A stretch of DNA of 54,848 bases, filler included, from Trypethelium eluteriae (Eukaryota): NCBI GenBank assembly GCA_051942245.1. It is 2 parts of 2 records of this genome, joined end to end, with 100 filler letters (N's around TTAATTAATTAA, not from the genome) between each part and the next. Parts side by side here need not be neighbours in the genome. Positions count along the whole stretch, not along the records: positions 27,559 to 54,848 come from JAVECL010000337.1; 1 more part is not named here. One strand, written 5' to 3'. The notes beneath the pieces were generated by a model. The model ran no database searches and was not told where the DNA came from. It saw only the letters and a program-made list of their open reading frames with translations. Positions within the stretch are counted from its first letter, which is position 1, and every line of letters begins with the position of its first letter. A program made the position numbers and the translations under genes. Positions 36,266 to 49,572 of the stretch are shown piece after piece.

Positions 36266-37837
36266 CTACGAATTCGGAACAGGGTGATCAGAAGCGTCCG
36301 TCCCTGCCTTCCATCGATATTTGGCTGCTGGATGAGTTGCAGGCAGCCCAGACTGGCCGGTGGACGCATACATATTCTCACGATACGTCCCACCCGGGAC
36401 TGCATAGTCATCCCAGAATAGGCCTCGTCTCCGCAGCTCGGGGATGAGAAGTTCCGCTACGTCAACGAAGGATCCAGGCTTGATAGCATACGCCTGCATG
36501 AAGTCAGTGTTGCCTGATCTAATTGAGGCTGTACTGGAGCAAGAGTAGTAATGTGCTCAGGACATACAATATTGAACCCATCAACGTCAGCCTCAGTGAC
36601 CCATCGCTCAAATTCGTCAGCAACCTGAGATGGATCACCGACGACTGTAGGGCCCAGGCCGCCAATTTTGACAAGGTCTACAACCGAATGCTTTGTCCTC
36701 TTTGGTACAGATGGAGATGCTTTAGACAATGCTTCAACTGCAGACCTGACAGCATTACTCTCGACATGCCGTAGTTCCTCCTCGTCACCGTACAGAGCAA
36801 GATCAATACCAGTCCAGCCTCCAAACAATGCCAGTGCACCGTCGGCTGAGCCGTACTGAAAATAATCCTGAAATTTCTGAACGGCTTCTTCTTCAGTACG
36901 GCCCAACACAGGGCAAATTAATGCAAGAAACTTGATATCGGTCGGAATACGGTTGAATTGGGTCCTGGCCATCTCTCGAATGTCGGTAATTGAAGCTGCA
37001 ACTACGGAAGGGCTATGGCCAGCAACAAAGATGGCTTCGGCATGTTGCGCAGCGAAGGTTCTTCCAGCTTTGGAAGTTCCTGCTTGCAGGAGTAAAGGGG
37101 TTCGCTGCGGCGACGGCTGGCAAATATGAGGGCCCGGTACAGTAAAATATTTGCCAACATGATTTGTCTCTCGGACACGAGATGGATCGGTGTAGATGCC
37201 GCGCTCCCTATCGAGTACGACTGCATCATCCCGCCAAGACGATTCCCACAGCTTGTACATGACCTTGATGTACTCCTCCGCGATAGCGTATCTTTCATCG
37301 TGCGCTGGCTGCTGAGTAGCTCCTAGATTTCGAGCTGCGGAGTCGAGATATCCTGTAACAATGTTCCATCCTAAGCGGCCCTTGGTGAGATGGTCGACGG
37401 TCGACAGCCTGCGGGCGAGATGGTAAGGCTGTTCATATGTGGTCGATACAGTGACTCCGAAGCCGATGCTCTTTGTAGCTGCTGCCATAGCAGGAATGAC
37501 TGCCTAAGGTACACGATCAACCTCTCTGGCTCCCGAATTGACTGTGATATCAACTTACGAGAGGTTCATTGACTGGCCACTGAGCTCCGGATATGATGGC
37601 AGGTGAGAGATTTTGCGGGCCACCATAAACATCATATCCGCCTAACACGTCGGCAATGAAGATGCCATGGATTTTGGCCTTTTCGCACAGTTTCGCAAGC
37701 TCCACCCAATGTTCAATATCATTGAAGCTTGTCGAACGATCGTCCGGATGTCTCCATAATCCAGGGGATTGGTGACCAGAACAAGATTCGACAAAAGCAT
37801 TGAGTACGAGCTGCTTCGTTGGTGACTTGCTGGACAT
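36266..37837 (-). CDS. FMN-dependent monooxygenase, NtaA/DmoA/DszA (bacterial luciferase-like) family, 3 exons
   Basis: GHQSPGLWRHPDD, FIADVLG, TVDHLTKGRLGWNIVT, PSPQRTPLLLQAGTS, FAAQHAEAIF, DVDGFN and LIPELRRRGL. Two GT-AG introns. Confidence 0.95.
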
Positions 37838-40800
37838 CTTGAGGGGACTCGCACGCCTCGTATGAGCTTAGGATTTGAGATTTCAATGTGCATATTGGAT
37901 CTGCTTGCAAAGTAGCTCTGTTACCTTAGACTGCCGCTTTGCCGCGAACGTCCTCGAGCCCAGGTAAATGCGGCCATTCGGAATGAGTGGGGCATCATTG
38001 GAAGTAAGCCCATGGTCATGCTGCTTCATAGGTTGTTCTTCCCTTCATGGCGTGGTCTCGGTGCAGGGTGATGTGCTTGCCACCATTCCCTTTCCGGTCT
38101 GGGATTCTCACAAAACAGAACCGCTACTGCTGTCCCACCCTTGGAATAGCCAAGATACGCAAAATCCATGCTCACTGATAGCCTCTGACCCAATGGAATG
38201 TTCCTCGCTTCGAAATCCTTTTGATCTCTAGAAACGCCTTGCGAACATCGATAACCGGCACAGATGCCCTCGCTCTTGTTGAAAATCTACCTGCTGTTAG
38301 CAAAGCTTCGTAGATCATGCCCTTGGCTTGTTCATCTTCACAAGCGGATGATAATTATCCATCAACTTCACACAGTGAGACTGTTCAACGTTGCACGCCA
38401 GACTTCCATATACAAGAGACCCCTAGGGAGTATGGTTTAGGATGATGAATGTTACCCGCCAGTGACAAGTTTCAAACCCCAAGCTCCATTTGCTCTAATT
38501 CCCGATACTTCTCAGGGTTCGAGATGGATGACATACTTTGGCGTCAGTTATATGTGCCGCTGTAGACTGTACCACTGATGCATAGGCGGCCAACTTATCT
38601 GTTCAAAAGTCCACAATTTGGTCATTTGCAGTGGAGCACACGGCAAGCAGCTGAGTTTTCTGCTTAGGTTAAGATTTCCTGTAACGTGAAACACTCATTT
38701 AAGTACGCTGTCATCGTTCACAACGGAATTGAACATAGCTCATCAGCAATACACTGCCAAATTCTCCGGCACCCTGTGTCTCGTAGTACCTCTGACAAAA
38801 GACTATCGCAGACGCCGGTCGAATGCTGTTAGATGGCACAATGTGAGCATTCTGATCCTAGAGCATCTCTTCAAGGTAACATGTCGGAAATTAGCCACCT
38901 GCCAGGGGATTATCCCTGCGTTCAACCACTTGTCAGCCTATCATAACTTGTTTCGATTCAAGTTGGTCAATTTGAGAAAGACCAACTACTTCACGATCTT
39001 ACCTTTCGGTCGTTCCATGATGACTATGGCTCGCTCGCCTTTTCTGGGACTAAGCTCATGAGTTCCCTGAGCAACGAAATCATAGCTTGCCCGACATGTG
39101 AGCAACTAGGAATTGGGTAATTGGGAATCAGATTCTTACGCGAATCACACGACTTTGTATGAGGCTGGTCTTTTCATATCTCTTGCATTGCCTGGTTAGG
39201 TACTGACCAAATTGGACTCAATGCCGGCAATAAAGAGGGGGTCTTGACGTTGAGGCTGTGGTCCATACCAATAACTTGACGTATCCGGGCTGGTGAGTAG
39301 GGATGGCCTTGAGGCTTCGTCTGCCAGTCCCTTTTTTAGAAGGGCCAATCTCCTCTAAGTAGGCGTTTAGCGGGTAGCGGCTTTGTGAAGGGTTACCGTC
39401 CCGCTCTACCAACCACCACCATCTGCATAGAGCATCAGCTTGAAGACGGAGAAATTAAAGAAGATAAGGGCAGAGAGGCGACTCTCAAGTTGAACTTCAC
39501 ATGAGTGGGCTTTCACTCGACCAGTCTTTCTAAGACTAAGCTGCAAAGATCCGTTCGCAGAGATGTCGCATAGTGAATTGTACATCAATGAACTAATTTC
39601 GCCCCGAGGATACCGGGAGAAGGCTGCATCCTTTGATTCATTCCGATTAAGACTGGTGGACATCTCGTGAACTTCTTTAATTGCCGAAGCAGGACCGGCA
39701 TGGTGCGTGTCGGCCTTTAGGAGGTCGGCAATCCATGGGCTCTTATCCACAAGATGAGTAGTAACGGAAGGAGAAGCGAGAACTGGAGGATAACGGGTAA
39801 TGCGAAAGGAATTGCAAGATGCTAGCCGAGGATAGTTGCGTTGCTTCAGTTGAACGTTCGGACTAGTTGACCTTGCTTGCGCTTGGGTCCCCATTATCCT
39901 GCTGTAACACCTTTATTAGTCCTTTCTGACCTCAGTCTGAACCAAAAAGAACCAGAGGATAATATATCAAATCAGCAAGTAAAAGCTTAATGAAACAACA
40001 TAATCAGCTTTCAATCGGATTATTGCTGGGAAACAATGGTAAATTGTCATAATGTGAGTTGTTGCGAGCATGGTCGCGAGAGAGTGCGGTGACAGATTAC
40101 CTTCCAGACGTTAGCTAAATGTGATCAAGTGGAGAATGATGCAGTATATAATTACCTGAAGAAGGGATTATGCGATTGTATCGGTGTCATGGTAGTTGAC
40201 TTGGTAGGAGGTATTGATGGGCGTATCAGCCTATCGAAGCATGCCAGGAGAATCGCAGGACTTTAAGGACCAAGGACATACTTTGGATTGATCCTCACCG
40301 TCATTAGACGATGAAAGGTAGTCTACGTAACACTGCTACCTTCTGCAAAGTATGAAAGCTCTCATGGCCAGGGCCAATCAACTCATCCTTTTACGCCGAG
40401 CAACTCGCTACGCAGCTTGGGGGCGAACACGATTGACGCACTTTGGCTGGACAACAAATGGACATTGAGCAATGTCACGAATTTATTCGTTCCTTGATTC
40501 ATGGGATAAGGGTCAGTCAATCTGAGAGGTGCCAGAACACGCATATTCGACATGTCCAAAAACTGTCTGATCGCCAAGTCGTAGACGAGACGGTGTATTC
40601 GAACAAGACGTAATGCTATCGTAATTTCCAGTGAGCACTGTAGAAATAGTTCTGACAAGACAATGAGCTGGTGAGATTGGATTGTGCAGCTTCAGGATGA
40701 TGTGTGTAATGGTAGATGCTGCATGCGTTCAACGATACATCCTCAGTGGTAGATGTTAGCTTTTACAAAATCATATAATGACATTCACTCGAGAAGTAGC

Positions 40801-41042
40801 TTCAACACATTCTTGAGATGGGCAGGTGGTTTTTTGCTCATAGAAGGTGTGAAGTGACAAGAGCTTTTCGATTGTGAATGTCGCGTCTCGAGGAAGGCGG
40901 GGCGGGGCGGGAACGGGTCGGCCCGGCAGTTCGATACGCGTGCACACGTGAATTCGCGTGTGTCTGCACCCATCACTACCTAGCACAGACCGGACACAGT
41001 TCAACCTCCTCTTCGCCGTTATTGTTTGGGCTGGAGACTTAG

Positions 41043-42544
41043 ATGCGACGGGTGGTAGTAACGGGACTAGGTATTGTGACACCGTTGGGAGTCGGTACGT
41101 TGTATTCACGATGATATTCTCTGCAAGTGCTAATAGTTGAAAAGGTGTGCGCCGAAGCTGGCGTGGACTCGTGGATGGCCATTCCGGTATAATTTCTGTC
41201 AAGAACAGAGGGCCAGGCTTTGCAGCCCTGCCAAGCCAAGTCGCAGCCACAGTTCCTCGGGGCAGTGCCGAAGATGGCAAATGGGATGCAACAGAAAGAC
41301 TCAGGCCGGGCGTAAGTCCAATTATAGTGCCACTGTGTCATGCCTACTTATCTTCCATACAGGACGAGCGTAAAATGGCGTCTTTTGCTCAGTTTGCCAT
41401 AGCCGCTGCTCAAGAAGCACTTGATGATGCTTGTTGGGCGCCGGAAACTGTTGAGGAACGCGAGTCTACGGGGGTTCACGTAGGTTCTGGGATAGGCAGT
41501 TTCGACGATGTCTATGACACCTCAGTTGCCTATCATAGTGGAGGATACAAGAAAGTCTCTCCTCTTTTTGTACCTCGCTTGCTTATTAACCTTGGTGCTG
41601 GACATATCTCAATGAGGTATGGGCTCAAGGGACCAAACCAATCTGCAACAACCGCTTGCACAACCGGAGCTCACTCCATTGGTGATGCTGCTAGACTCAT
41701 CGCTTTTGGAGACGCAAATGTCATGATTGCAGGCGGCGCCGAGTCTTGCATCCATCCGTTGGCGATGGCGGGCTTTGCTCGAGCAAGAAGTCTGGCAACT
41801 GGGTGGAACGAGACACCACATCTAGCTTCAAGACCATTTGATCGTGCTCGAGGGGGTTTTGTAATTGGAGAAGGTGCAGGCGTGGTCATACTTGAGGTTT
41901 GAACATTTTTGTCATGGTTTCGATTTTTTTTGATCTGATGGAAATCTCATAGGAATTGGAACATGCGAAAGCCCGTGGCACACGAATCTATGCCGAACTA
42001 CGTGGGTACGGCCTTTCCGCCGATGCCTACCATATGACTGCTCCAAGAGAAGACGGCGAGGGCCCACTTCTGGCGATGAAGCGTGCCTTGAGGCATGCAG
42101 GAGTATCTCCAAGGACCGTAGACTACATCAATGCACATGGCTCATCGACCATACTTGGCGATGCTGCTGAGAATCGTGCCGTCAAGTCACTGCTTCTGGG
42201 TGAGGGGGGTAAGCAGAATGCGACTGATATCAACGTCAGCAGTACCAAGGGCGCGATTGGTCATTTGTTGGGCGCTGCCGGTGCTGTTGAGGCTATTTTC
42301 ACCATCCTTTCGATCTCGGAGGTATGGTAACCCAGAGACTTCTTTCCACTGATATCTAATTGATCTGTTACAGAATGTAATGCCGCCAACGCTAAACCTC
42401 GAGAACCCTGGTGACCCGACAGAAGACTTCGACTGCAATTATGTACCAAGAACTGCTCAGCACCGACGCGTAGAAGTCGCTCTCACAAATAGTTTTGGCT
42501 TTGGCGGCACCAATGCGAGCCTCTGCTTCAGCAAGTATGGCTGA
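41043..42544 (+). CDS. CEM1: Mitochondrial 3-oxoacyl-ACP synthase (KAS II type), 5 exons
   Basis: [10 protein letters not shown], catalytic [49 protein letters not shown], and [13 protein letters not shown] ending in TGA at 42542-42544. Confidence 0.95.
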
Positions 42545-42856
42545 GAAATGCCTCTATGGCCATTTTCGATTTTTCCGAGAACATACAAGCTTGCCGCTAA
42601 CGGTCAAGGGCATTCCATGTCTTCAACTATCAGATTTGAGAAGGCCAAGGGCCAGTATTGCGGAGAGGATAAGAGGCTCTCGAGCAGCGCGGCTCACATA
42701 CCCCGCGGCGGCGCGATTTAGTCGTATCAGCATGCCCCACTATTAGGATCTCCAGCATTTGACAAGGTCATTGCAAGACGTAAACATTGCGTTACTGCTT
42801 CCCTAGGGGACCTCTTCCACTAGGATCTTCCGTCACTTCATCCAGTTCAGCATGTT

Positions 42857-44810
42857 ATGGCAGACGCGAACGAAGCTGAGTATGTTCGGCCAGTTTTGCC
42901 TTCTCATCTCTCAGAGCCACGCTCGAGATTGCTGAAGACCCTTTCCGTGAAGGCTGCTGCGTATCATGATAAGGTGCCAGGGATACGCAAGCTACCTTTT
43001 TCGGCTTCTGCGATTATTGTCGCACTCATTGCGGTCAATATCAGTGTATGGATCGTTGTTGGAATAGTACTTGTATCGTTAGATTTTCTCCTCGACCAGT
43101 GCTCCACATTGACCAGTTGTAGCATTTTCATACGTACGCATGCGGCTAAACTCTATGCTATGCAATGTTAACCTCCCTGGTGAAGCTCATTGATCTCTAC
43201 TGCGGTCCTGTCATATACTCTCGGGCTTCGCCATGCATTGGACGCTGACCACATATCTGTATATCTCCTATCTTTTAGTATTCACAATGACATCTCTTAT
43301 ATTTTTCTCAGGCGATTGATCTTATGACCCGCCGTCTTGTTGCCTCTGGACGTCCGTCTGCCACAGTTGGCCTCTTTTTCTCGATCGGACACTCGACGTA
43401 TTTTCCCGTGCTAGTGGAAAAATGTTATATTGCTGACCCATGAGCCTTAGGATAGTGATCGTCACTTCTATCGTCGTTGCTGCTACTGCTTCCGCGGTCT
43501 CCAAGAAATTTGGCGCCTTCTCACAGGTCGGTGGGATCATAGGGACTGCTGTCTCCGCAGCTTTCCTCATCATTCTTGGTCTCATGAACGCCTATATATT
43601 ATATAAGCTCGTCATCCAGCTCCAAAGGGTCATTGATATGCATCCTGATGGGGAAGAGTCATTTAAGATTCAAGGTACGGGATGCTTATTCCAGATCTTC
43701 AAGAAGCTATTCAAGCTCATTGACAGGTATATTCCCTCCCTCCTCCGTCTTGAAAATTTTCGCTAAACTTTCGTCTTTCCAAAAATTCTCTTGAAAGGTA
43801 GAGGCTGAACAGTCAGGAAAGGCCGTGGAAAATGTACCCTCTTGGTGTGCTCTTTGGCCTAGGCTTCGACACTTCTTCTGAGATTGCTCTTCTTGGAATT
43901 TCTTCCATCGAAGCTTCTCGCGGAACCTCCACCTGGCTCATTCTGATTTTTCCATGCCTCTTCACGGCGGGTATGGCGCTGCTCGACACGATGGACGGCG
44001 CGCTCATGATGGCATTGTACTGTAGCGCAAATCTAGCAACGGATAAGATCGCGACACTATACTATGGCTGCATCCTGACGGCCATCACAGTCATAGTGGC
44101 GATCGTGATCGGGACAATCCAGTTGTTGAGTCTGATCGATAGTATTGCAAGCCCAGATGGTAAATTCTGGAAAGGCGTAGAGGTCGCGGGGGATCACTAC
44201 GATATTATCGGTGAGTCTTCCAGAGCGTCCCGTTTCTCATTTATGTAGAATCCAGAGAGTTCTACCATCCCTCAAATGCCTATCAATCTCAACTTTCATA
44301 AGGTCTGACTTCCGCATGATCAGTACTTCGGCCCCTTCTTCAAGCCTCTTTTTCCTTCTCCGCCATATACTACCCTTTTCCTATTTCTTCTCTTCTCGTA
44401 TTCCCCAAGCCACCTCCGCAATATTTTCCGTTACTGTACTCTTCCTAGATCCTCACACCTCCTCTCCCGTCCGCTCCATCTCAACCTCACCACATCCTCC
44501 GCTGTATACCACAGAACAGCCCACTACCCCATATCACCACGAAACCAAGCTCACCAACTCCCCAGGCGGCTGCATCTGCGCCTCCTTCGCCATCCTCGGC
44601 GTCCTCAGCATCCTCTGCTACCGGCCCTGGCGCCGACGCATCGATCGCGCCCGATCTCGGCGCCACCGCGCACCAGCACCGGAGGTGGCCGACGGCGACC
44701 ACGCCGGTGGTACTGACGACATGTGTTTGGATCTCACCGATCGTACGGCTCCTTGCGACATCGGTGATGATGATCGAGGGCAGGGAGATCGGTCGGCGGC
44801 TGTGGAATGA
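42857..44810 (+). CDS. NIC1: High-affinity nickel/cobalt transporter, NiCoT family, multi-exon
   Basis: Signature LGLRHALDADHISAID, FFSIGHST, MYPLGVLFGLGFDTSSE and LFTAGMALLDTMDG. Last exon GGCICASFAILG follows a long intron. Confidence 0.94.
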
Positions 44811-45465
44811 GGTGGCGACGCCGAGGGCGTGGTGGGACGGTGGCGTGATGGTGTGGTGGGATGATTGTAGGAGGTCCGAGGAGATAGAGAGTTGGGTATG
44901 TGCTATGTCAGACCATTTAAGGTTGAGAGGGAGAGCAAGTGGTGCAGGGCCGATGTTCGGCGTGAGGGAGAAATTCGGCCGGGGATCCGGGGGTTTGGTA
45001 GGGAGGGTTGATAGTGACAGTAGCAGGAAAGTCGACTAGATAGCCAGGGTGATACGTAATGAGTAGCAAATGGTTTAAGCTGATTTGAGGCGGATGATGC
45101 TGATTAAGGTATACAAACGTAAATTTTGGTCTGAGGTATCTCTGCTATGTGGTGTTGCGGCTTAAGCCCGCCTATATACAACCCGGAACATACGCATATG
45201 CTGTAGACCTGAAAAAATACAAAATAAGATCATGACTTTTATGTTCTAGCAGCCTCTTGATCGGCCGCTGGGGCAATTTGTTCACCTCGAAGGCTCGCAG
45301 ATGCCTCCTTTCCCTTGTGTGCTTGCGCCAATGCATATCTCCACGCGAAACTCCAGCATATTGGAAATAAATCGTCGTTACGAAATCATTTTCCAGATAA
45401 TCAGATGCGCCCATATGTAATGCCAAAATCGTATCGACCGCTCATTTCTAAAACAACACGCTCCA

Positions 45466-46697
45466 TCACATCAACCCCTGCAAATCCCCTGTACTCCCCC
45501 GCACGGGCCTCCTCGGCGGCGCCTGCATCTCGCTGAAGCGAAAAAGCTGTTTCAGACTACCTGGCGGCGGCTCGCACGGACTCAGCAGGGGCCACTGTTT
45601 CTCGTACAACAAAGTTCCATCAGTGGCGACGTCAGTGCTGGGCCTCGCAACCATGACGCTCTCCAGCGTGGTCGTTGTCGTCGTTGTCGACCACTTCGCC
45701 GACTGGAAGGGCGCAGCGGGGAAGCGTGTCTCTGAGAGACTCAGAGAGGCCGGGGGTGTTGGGGGGTTCGACGGATACGTCGTGGTGGTGGTGCTCGTGA
45801 TAGTGGTCGTGGGTGAGGGTAGCACGAGATTAATGCCTCGAGGAGTGCTGCTGCTACCGTGCGGATTGGTACGGGGAGGGAGAGGGCGCATGGTCGAAGG
45901 GGTCTGGGAGAGAGAGGTGCTGGTGGAGGAAGCAGGGGTGTGGGAGAGCGAGGGCATAGTGCTCAAGGTCGTGGAGGAGGCATAGGGGCGGCGGGCCTTG
46001 GGGCGGGCTGAAGCTGTCTTTGAGTTTGATTCTGGGCCGGAGGTTGAGAACTGCCGCAGGTAACGTGCCGCTTCAGAGTCCCCTCGAGGTGAGCGTTCCT
46101 CGTGGCTCTGAGCATCGTCTTCGAAGGTTTCGGAGAAGGGAATGGAATGGGATCTTCGGGTAGGAGAGCGTTGAGGGATAATATCTCGGACTGGAAGGTC
46201 CTCGAAGGAGAAGGTGCTACTAAAGGGAGTTGTGGGTGGTGTTTGCTCGGCGTTGAATGGTGGTGTGTACGTCATGGTTTTGTCTTTTTTTCGACAGCTG
46301 AAAAACTTCATGAGCATGCGCCAAGAAAGGAGAAAGGATAGGAGATATTTATGAGCGGCATACCTTTCAGAGCAATACAGTACAGAGTTACTTGGCGTGA
46401 TGATTTGCTTTTCACAGACAGGGCTAGGATGGTTAGCCTGGCAGGCCAATCGGAGTTGGTCAGCGACGCAGATACGTACCAAAACTGCAGGAAACTTGCT
46501 GCCATGACGTCGCTATCGTCGTCTTCCCCCTTCTTTGGAGCAGCGGTGCAATTCTTACTCGATCCTTGACTGACTTTGTGGTGATATTTATTGTTGTAAC
46601 TTGTTCGCTGGATCAACGGTCCGGGACGCGATCCTCGGACATATGGAGAGTGCGATTTTTTGGCATGGTTGCGAATATGGTTCATGTTGGACGTCAT
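45466..46697 (-). CDS. Ecl1/2/3 zinc-binding domain protein (life-span regulatory factor family); exons 46697-46480, 46423-46364, 46297-45466
   Basis: Spliced ASFLQFCPVCEKQIITPSNSVLYCSESCRKKD matches the Ecl1 CxxC...YCSxxC motif, followed by an S/T/P-rich tail with PSLSHTP. Confidence 0.88.
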
Positions 46698-48531
46698 TAT
46701 GAAGAACGGCCAGACGGATCAGAAGAATCACACAGTCCCGATCGGGATCGGGTTTGGCTGAGACGTGGAGTTTGGGTGCCCCTGCACGCTCCGGTCTGAA
46801 GCAGAAGGCGGCAGACTGGATGGGCGGCGGCGAACGAGGCAGGAAGTCTGGTGGAGAAATGATGAAACCTTAGGAATGTATGCTACTGGGGCAGATCGGA
46901 CCAAAGTTTGGTGTGGCTTTCACGCTTGGGCGTATGGGCGAGTCCTTTGTTTCTGATCGCAGCCGGATTGGCGTCAATCGTGCAGGGTGGCTGATGAGTG
47001 GAGAACTCGAGATACGAGCAAGACCGACAGATCGTCTGCGTGAAAATAAGAAGCGTGAGAGGAGAGCATATTTGTGGAGCGTGAGGGCACACACTTGTAT
47101 CGATCAAGTTCGAGTGGTGGTCAGTGATGCCGGGTGTGGTATTGTGTGGTATCGTCCAATATGGAAGGACAATCCCTGCCCAGCCTTTTTTAAGAAACTG
47201 GTGGACAAAGACGGATTGCAGCAGGCGTCACTGCACCAAAGGATCTCGGAGCAGTAAGCCTCGACGCTGCACTCGGCCGACAATAGATAATGGCAAATAT
47301 GGGAGATGGCGGCAAAAGGCAATACAGCGCCACCGTCGCTGCGGCTTTGAGGAGTCTTATGCAAATTGGGGGAAAGCAATATCCACGCTCGTCTGCAAGG
47401 TTCCCAAGTCTATCTGCAAATTAGATCAAGAGCTAGAGATAGCATATCAACGTCGCTATCTATCACTCCAAGCACGCAAGCCCGTATCTACACGCACCAG
47501 CGGTGGTAGTCAGTTGAGGTGACTAAACGTGCTCAATCCTGACGACCGTATCGCTCGCTAAGATACACTAAGCCGGCTTATGGATGACTCTTGAGATCGC
47601 CATGGTTGCGCCAGTCACGTTCTGGCCGCACTCGTCGGCACCTCTGCCGAACGGGTTGCCAGCCACTCCTGCACGAGCGTTAAGATGCGTGGAGATGCGT
47701 TAAGGTACGTCCGTCTGCATTGCTCCAGCAGGATTGGGCGACATGGGCGATTGCATGCAGCCGGCGTCGGGAGTCCACTTTTCTAGCCTCAACGTTCGCT
47801 ATTCCCGACCTGTCATAACTCGGCCTCGCATTCTTGAAATAAGCTACTTTCTCCGATTTCACCGGTCCCGGCCAACCGCTTTGGGCTTCTTATTATTGTC
47901 GACCTCTTCTCGTGTTTCCCTGCTTCTCGCGTCCAGACCGAATGTCTGCGATCGCGGACAGGAATGCCTTGGGAGCTCACAGGCCGAAAAGGGGTACCAT
48001 TGTGTAAACCTCATCAACTTCAGTCTGGAGAAGGTATACCGAAGATCACAGCAATGGTCGTGTTTCGTTGAATCAGGGGAAACTGAGGCGATTGGGTCAT
48101 TCTTTAGATTACACATTTGTTGACCTGCATCACTTTCAAGGGAATGAAATTGACTTGGCATGGAATAACCCCTCACGTCATCTAGAACCCAAAGGGCGCG
48201 AAGGAACGATCAATCGAAAGGTTTAGCTACGCACTTCCATTCATCCTCCATTAACATTCTAGAGAAGACAGTGTTGCTCTTGAGATGTGACTTTACGTTG
48301 CGTCTGTAAGGTCTCCGCAGACTTTTCTCCACTTCCATTTTGCCAGGATGTGAAAGATCCTTGCACTGTTGCTGTCTTTCATTCCATTATCAATATCTGC
48401 TTATCATTCTCTATCTCATTTCATGGTACCTCCCAAAAGAGCTCTTCCAATTCCGAATTTCCTGCTCCCGCTGGATGACCTCGGGTAAACGATGGTATCT
48501 CCGTAATCTCTTCAGTAAATGCGAGGGCTAT

Positions 48532-49572
48532 CTACAGGTTGCTGATAGAATCGTGAACGGTGGAATGATAGGTAGGTGGTGCATCGCGGCGAGGCGCTCC
48601 AATCTCGTTCGAATCGTCGAATGGATTTCTGTTTGGCTGCTGTAGCGCTTGAGCAGGACGTTGTGGCCTGACAATCGCATTCGCATCATCGAATGGAGAT
48701 CTCTGAGGAAAAGATGTGTTTTGCGCCTCGTGTTGGTCACCGATGCTCGGGGTGACTGACTGCTCCTGCCCCGCCGGTCGTGCCAACGGCACTGGCTGTG
48801 CTGGAGGGGCAACATTCTGCAGTTCGTGGCCTTCCTCTTCGTCCGTGCTTTGTGTTGTCCTCTGAGGGGTCCAGCTCATCACGAGCCCTGCAAGCCCAAA
48901 AAGAGCAATGATGATGCAAAAGTTTAAGAGGATGACTCCGGACTGAAAGGTCAGAAAACCTTTCGCCTTGCACCATTGGTCTACCAACATCGCTGGACTC
49001 GAAAAGGCCGGTTTGAGATAGCGACCTTCCTGCTCTGACCATTCTCGCGGAATCAAGCTCCTTATTGAACCGAATTTAGATTGGAAGTGGAAGGGCAAGA
49101 AAGCCATGATAGTGAGCAAAACGAAAAAGGCAAACCATCCATCGGCCTCGCGTCCTGACCATTTCAGCTCGTGGGTACGCCAAAGTAGGGAGACCACGAG
49201 AAAGATACAAGAGCAGCCTGCGGTTATCGCAAAATTAATGACTAGATCCTTTGAAGCGTCCCCAAGGCGCGAGAAAAATTTGTGCTGTGTATGGTGCTCG
49301 ATTGCCCTTCGGAAAAATTGGAACTGACTATTCGTCTTTAGCAATCCGAGATTCGAAATGAGACTGGCCCACCCGCGGATGAGGTATATGGTGAAGGATC
49401 CAACCACCAAAGAAGCCGATGTGCGCAGTCCGCGATCCAAATAGAAGTGAAATCGGGAATCATTGTAGTTGCATCGTCCGAACTGCCTTGGGCAGAACCA
49501 TATTAGGAAAGCGAGGATGATGACCAGGTACGGAAATATCAAATCGTCTGATACCTCAAGCATTTCAGACAT
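48532..49572 (-). CDS. Hypothetical multi-pass membrane protein with NPFxD and PPxY motifs in the tail
   Basis: Intact 346-aa ORF with about 5 hydrophobic segments. Tail contains SPFDD, NPFDD and PPTY. Confidence 0.7.
   Translation of the reverse strand: MSEMLEVSDDLIFPYLVIILAFLIWFCPRQFGRCNYNDSRFHFYLDRGLRTSASLVVGSFTIYLIRGWASLISNLGLLKTNSQFQFFRRAIEHHTQHKFFSRLGDASKDLVINFAITAGCSCIFLVVSLLWRTHELKWSGREADGWFAFFVLLTIMAFLPFHFQSKFGSIRSLIPREWSEQEGRYLKPAFSSPAMLVDQWCKAKGFLTFQSGVILLNFCIIIALFGLAGLVMSWTPQRTTQSTDEEEGHELQNVAPPAQPVPLARPAGQEQSVTPSIGDQHEAQNTSFPQRSPFDDANAIVRPQRPAQALQQPNRNPFDDSNEIGAPRRDAPPTYHSTVHDSISNL

Noticed and set aside
36266..37837. Recent horizontal transfer of a bacterial DszA/NtaA gene
   Set aside because: It has spliceosomal introns, and the family is widespread in filamentous fungi.
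41043..42544. Ketosynthase as PKS backbone for the left-hand tailoring genes
   Set aside because: It is a stand-alone KAS II (CEM1-type) housekeeping gene on the other contig.
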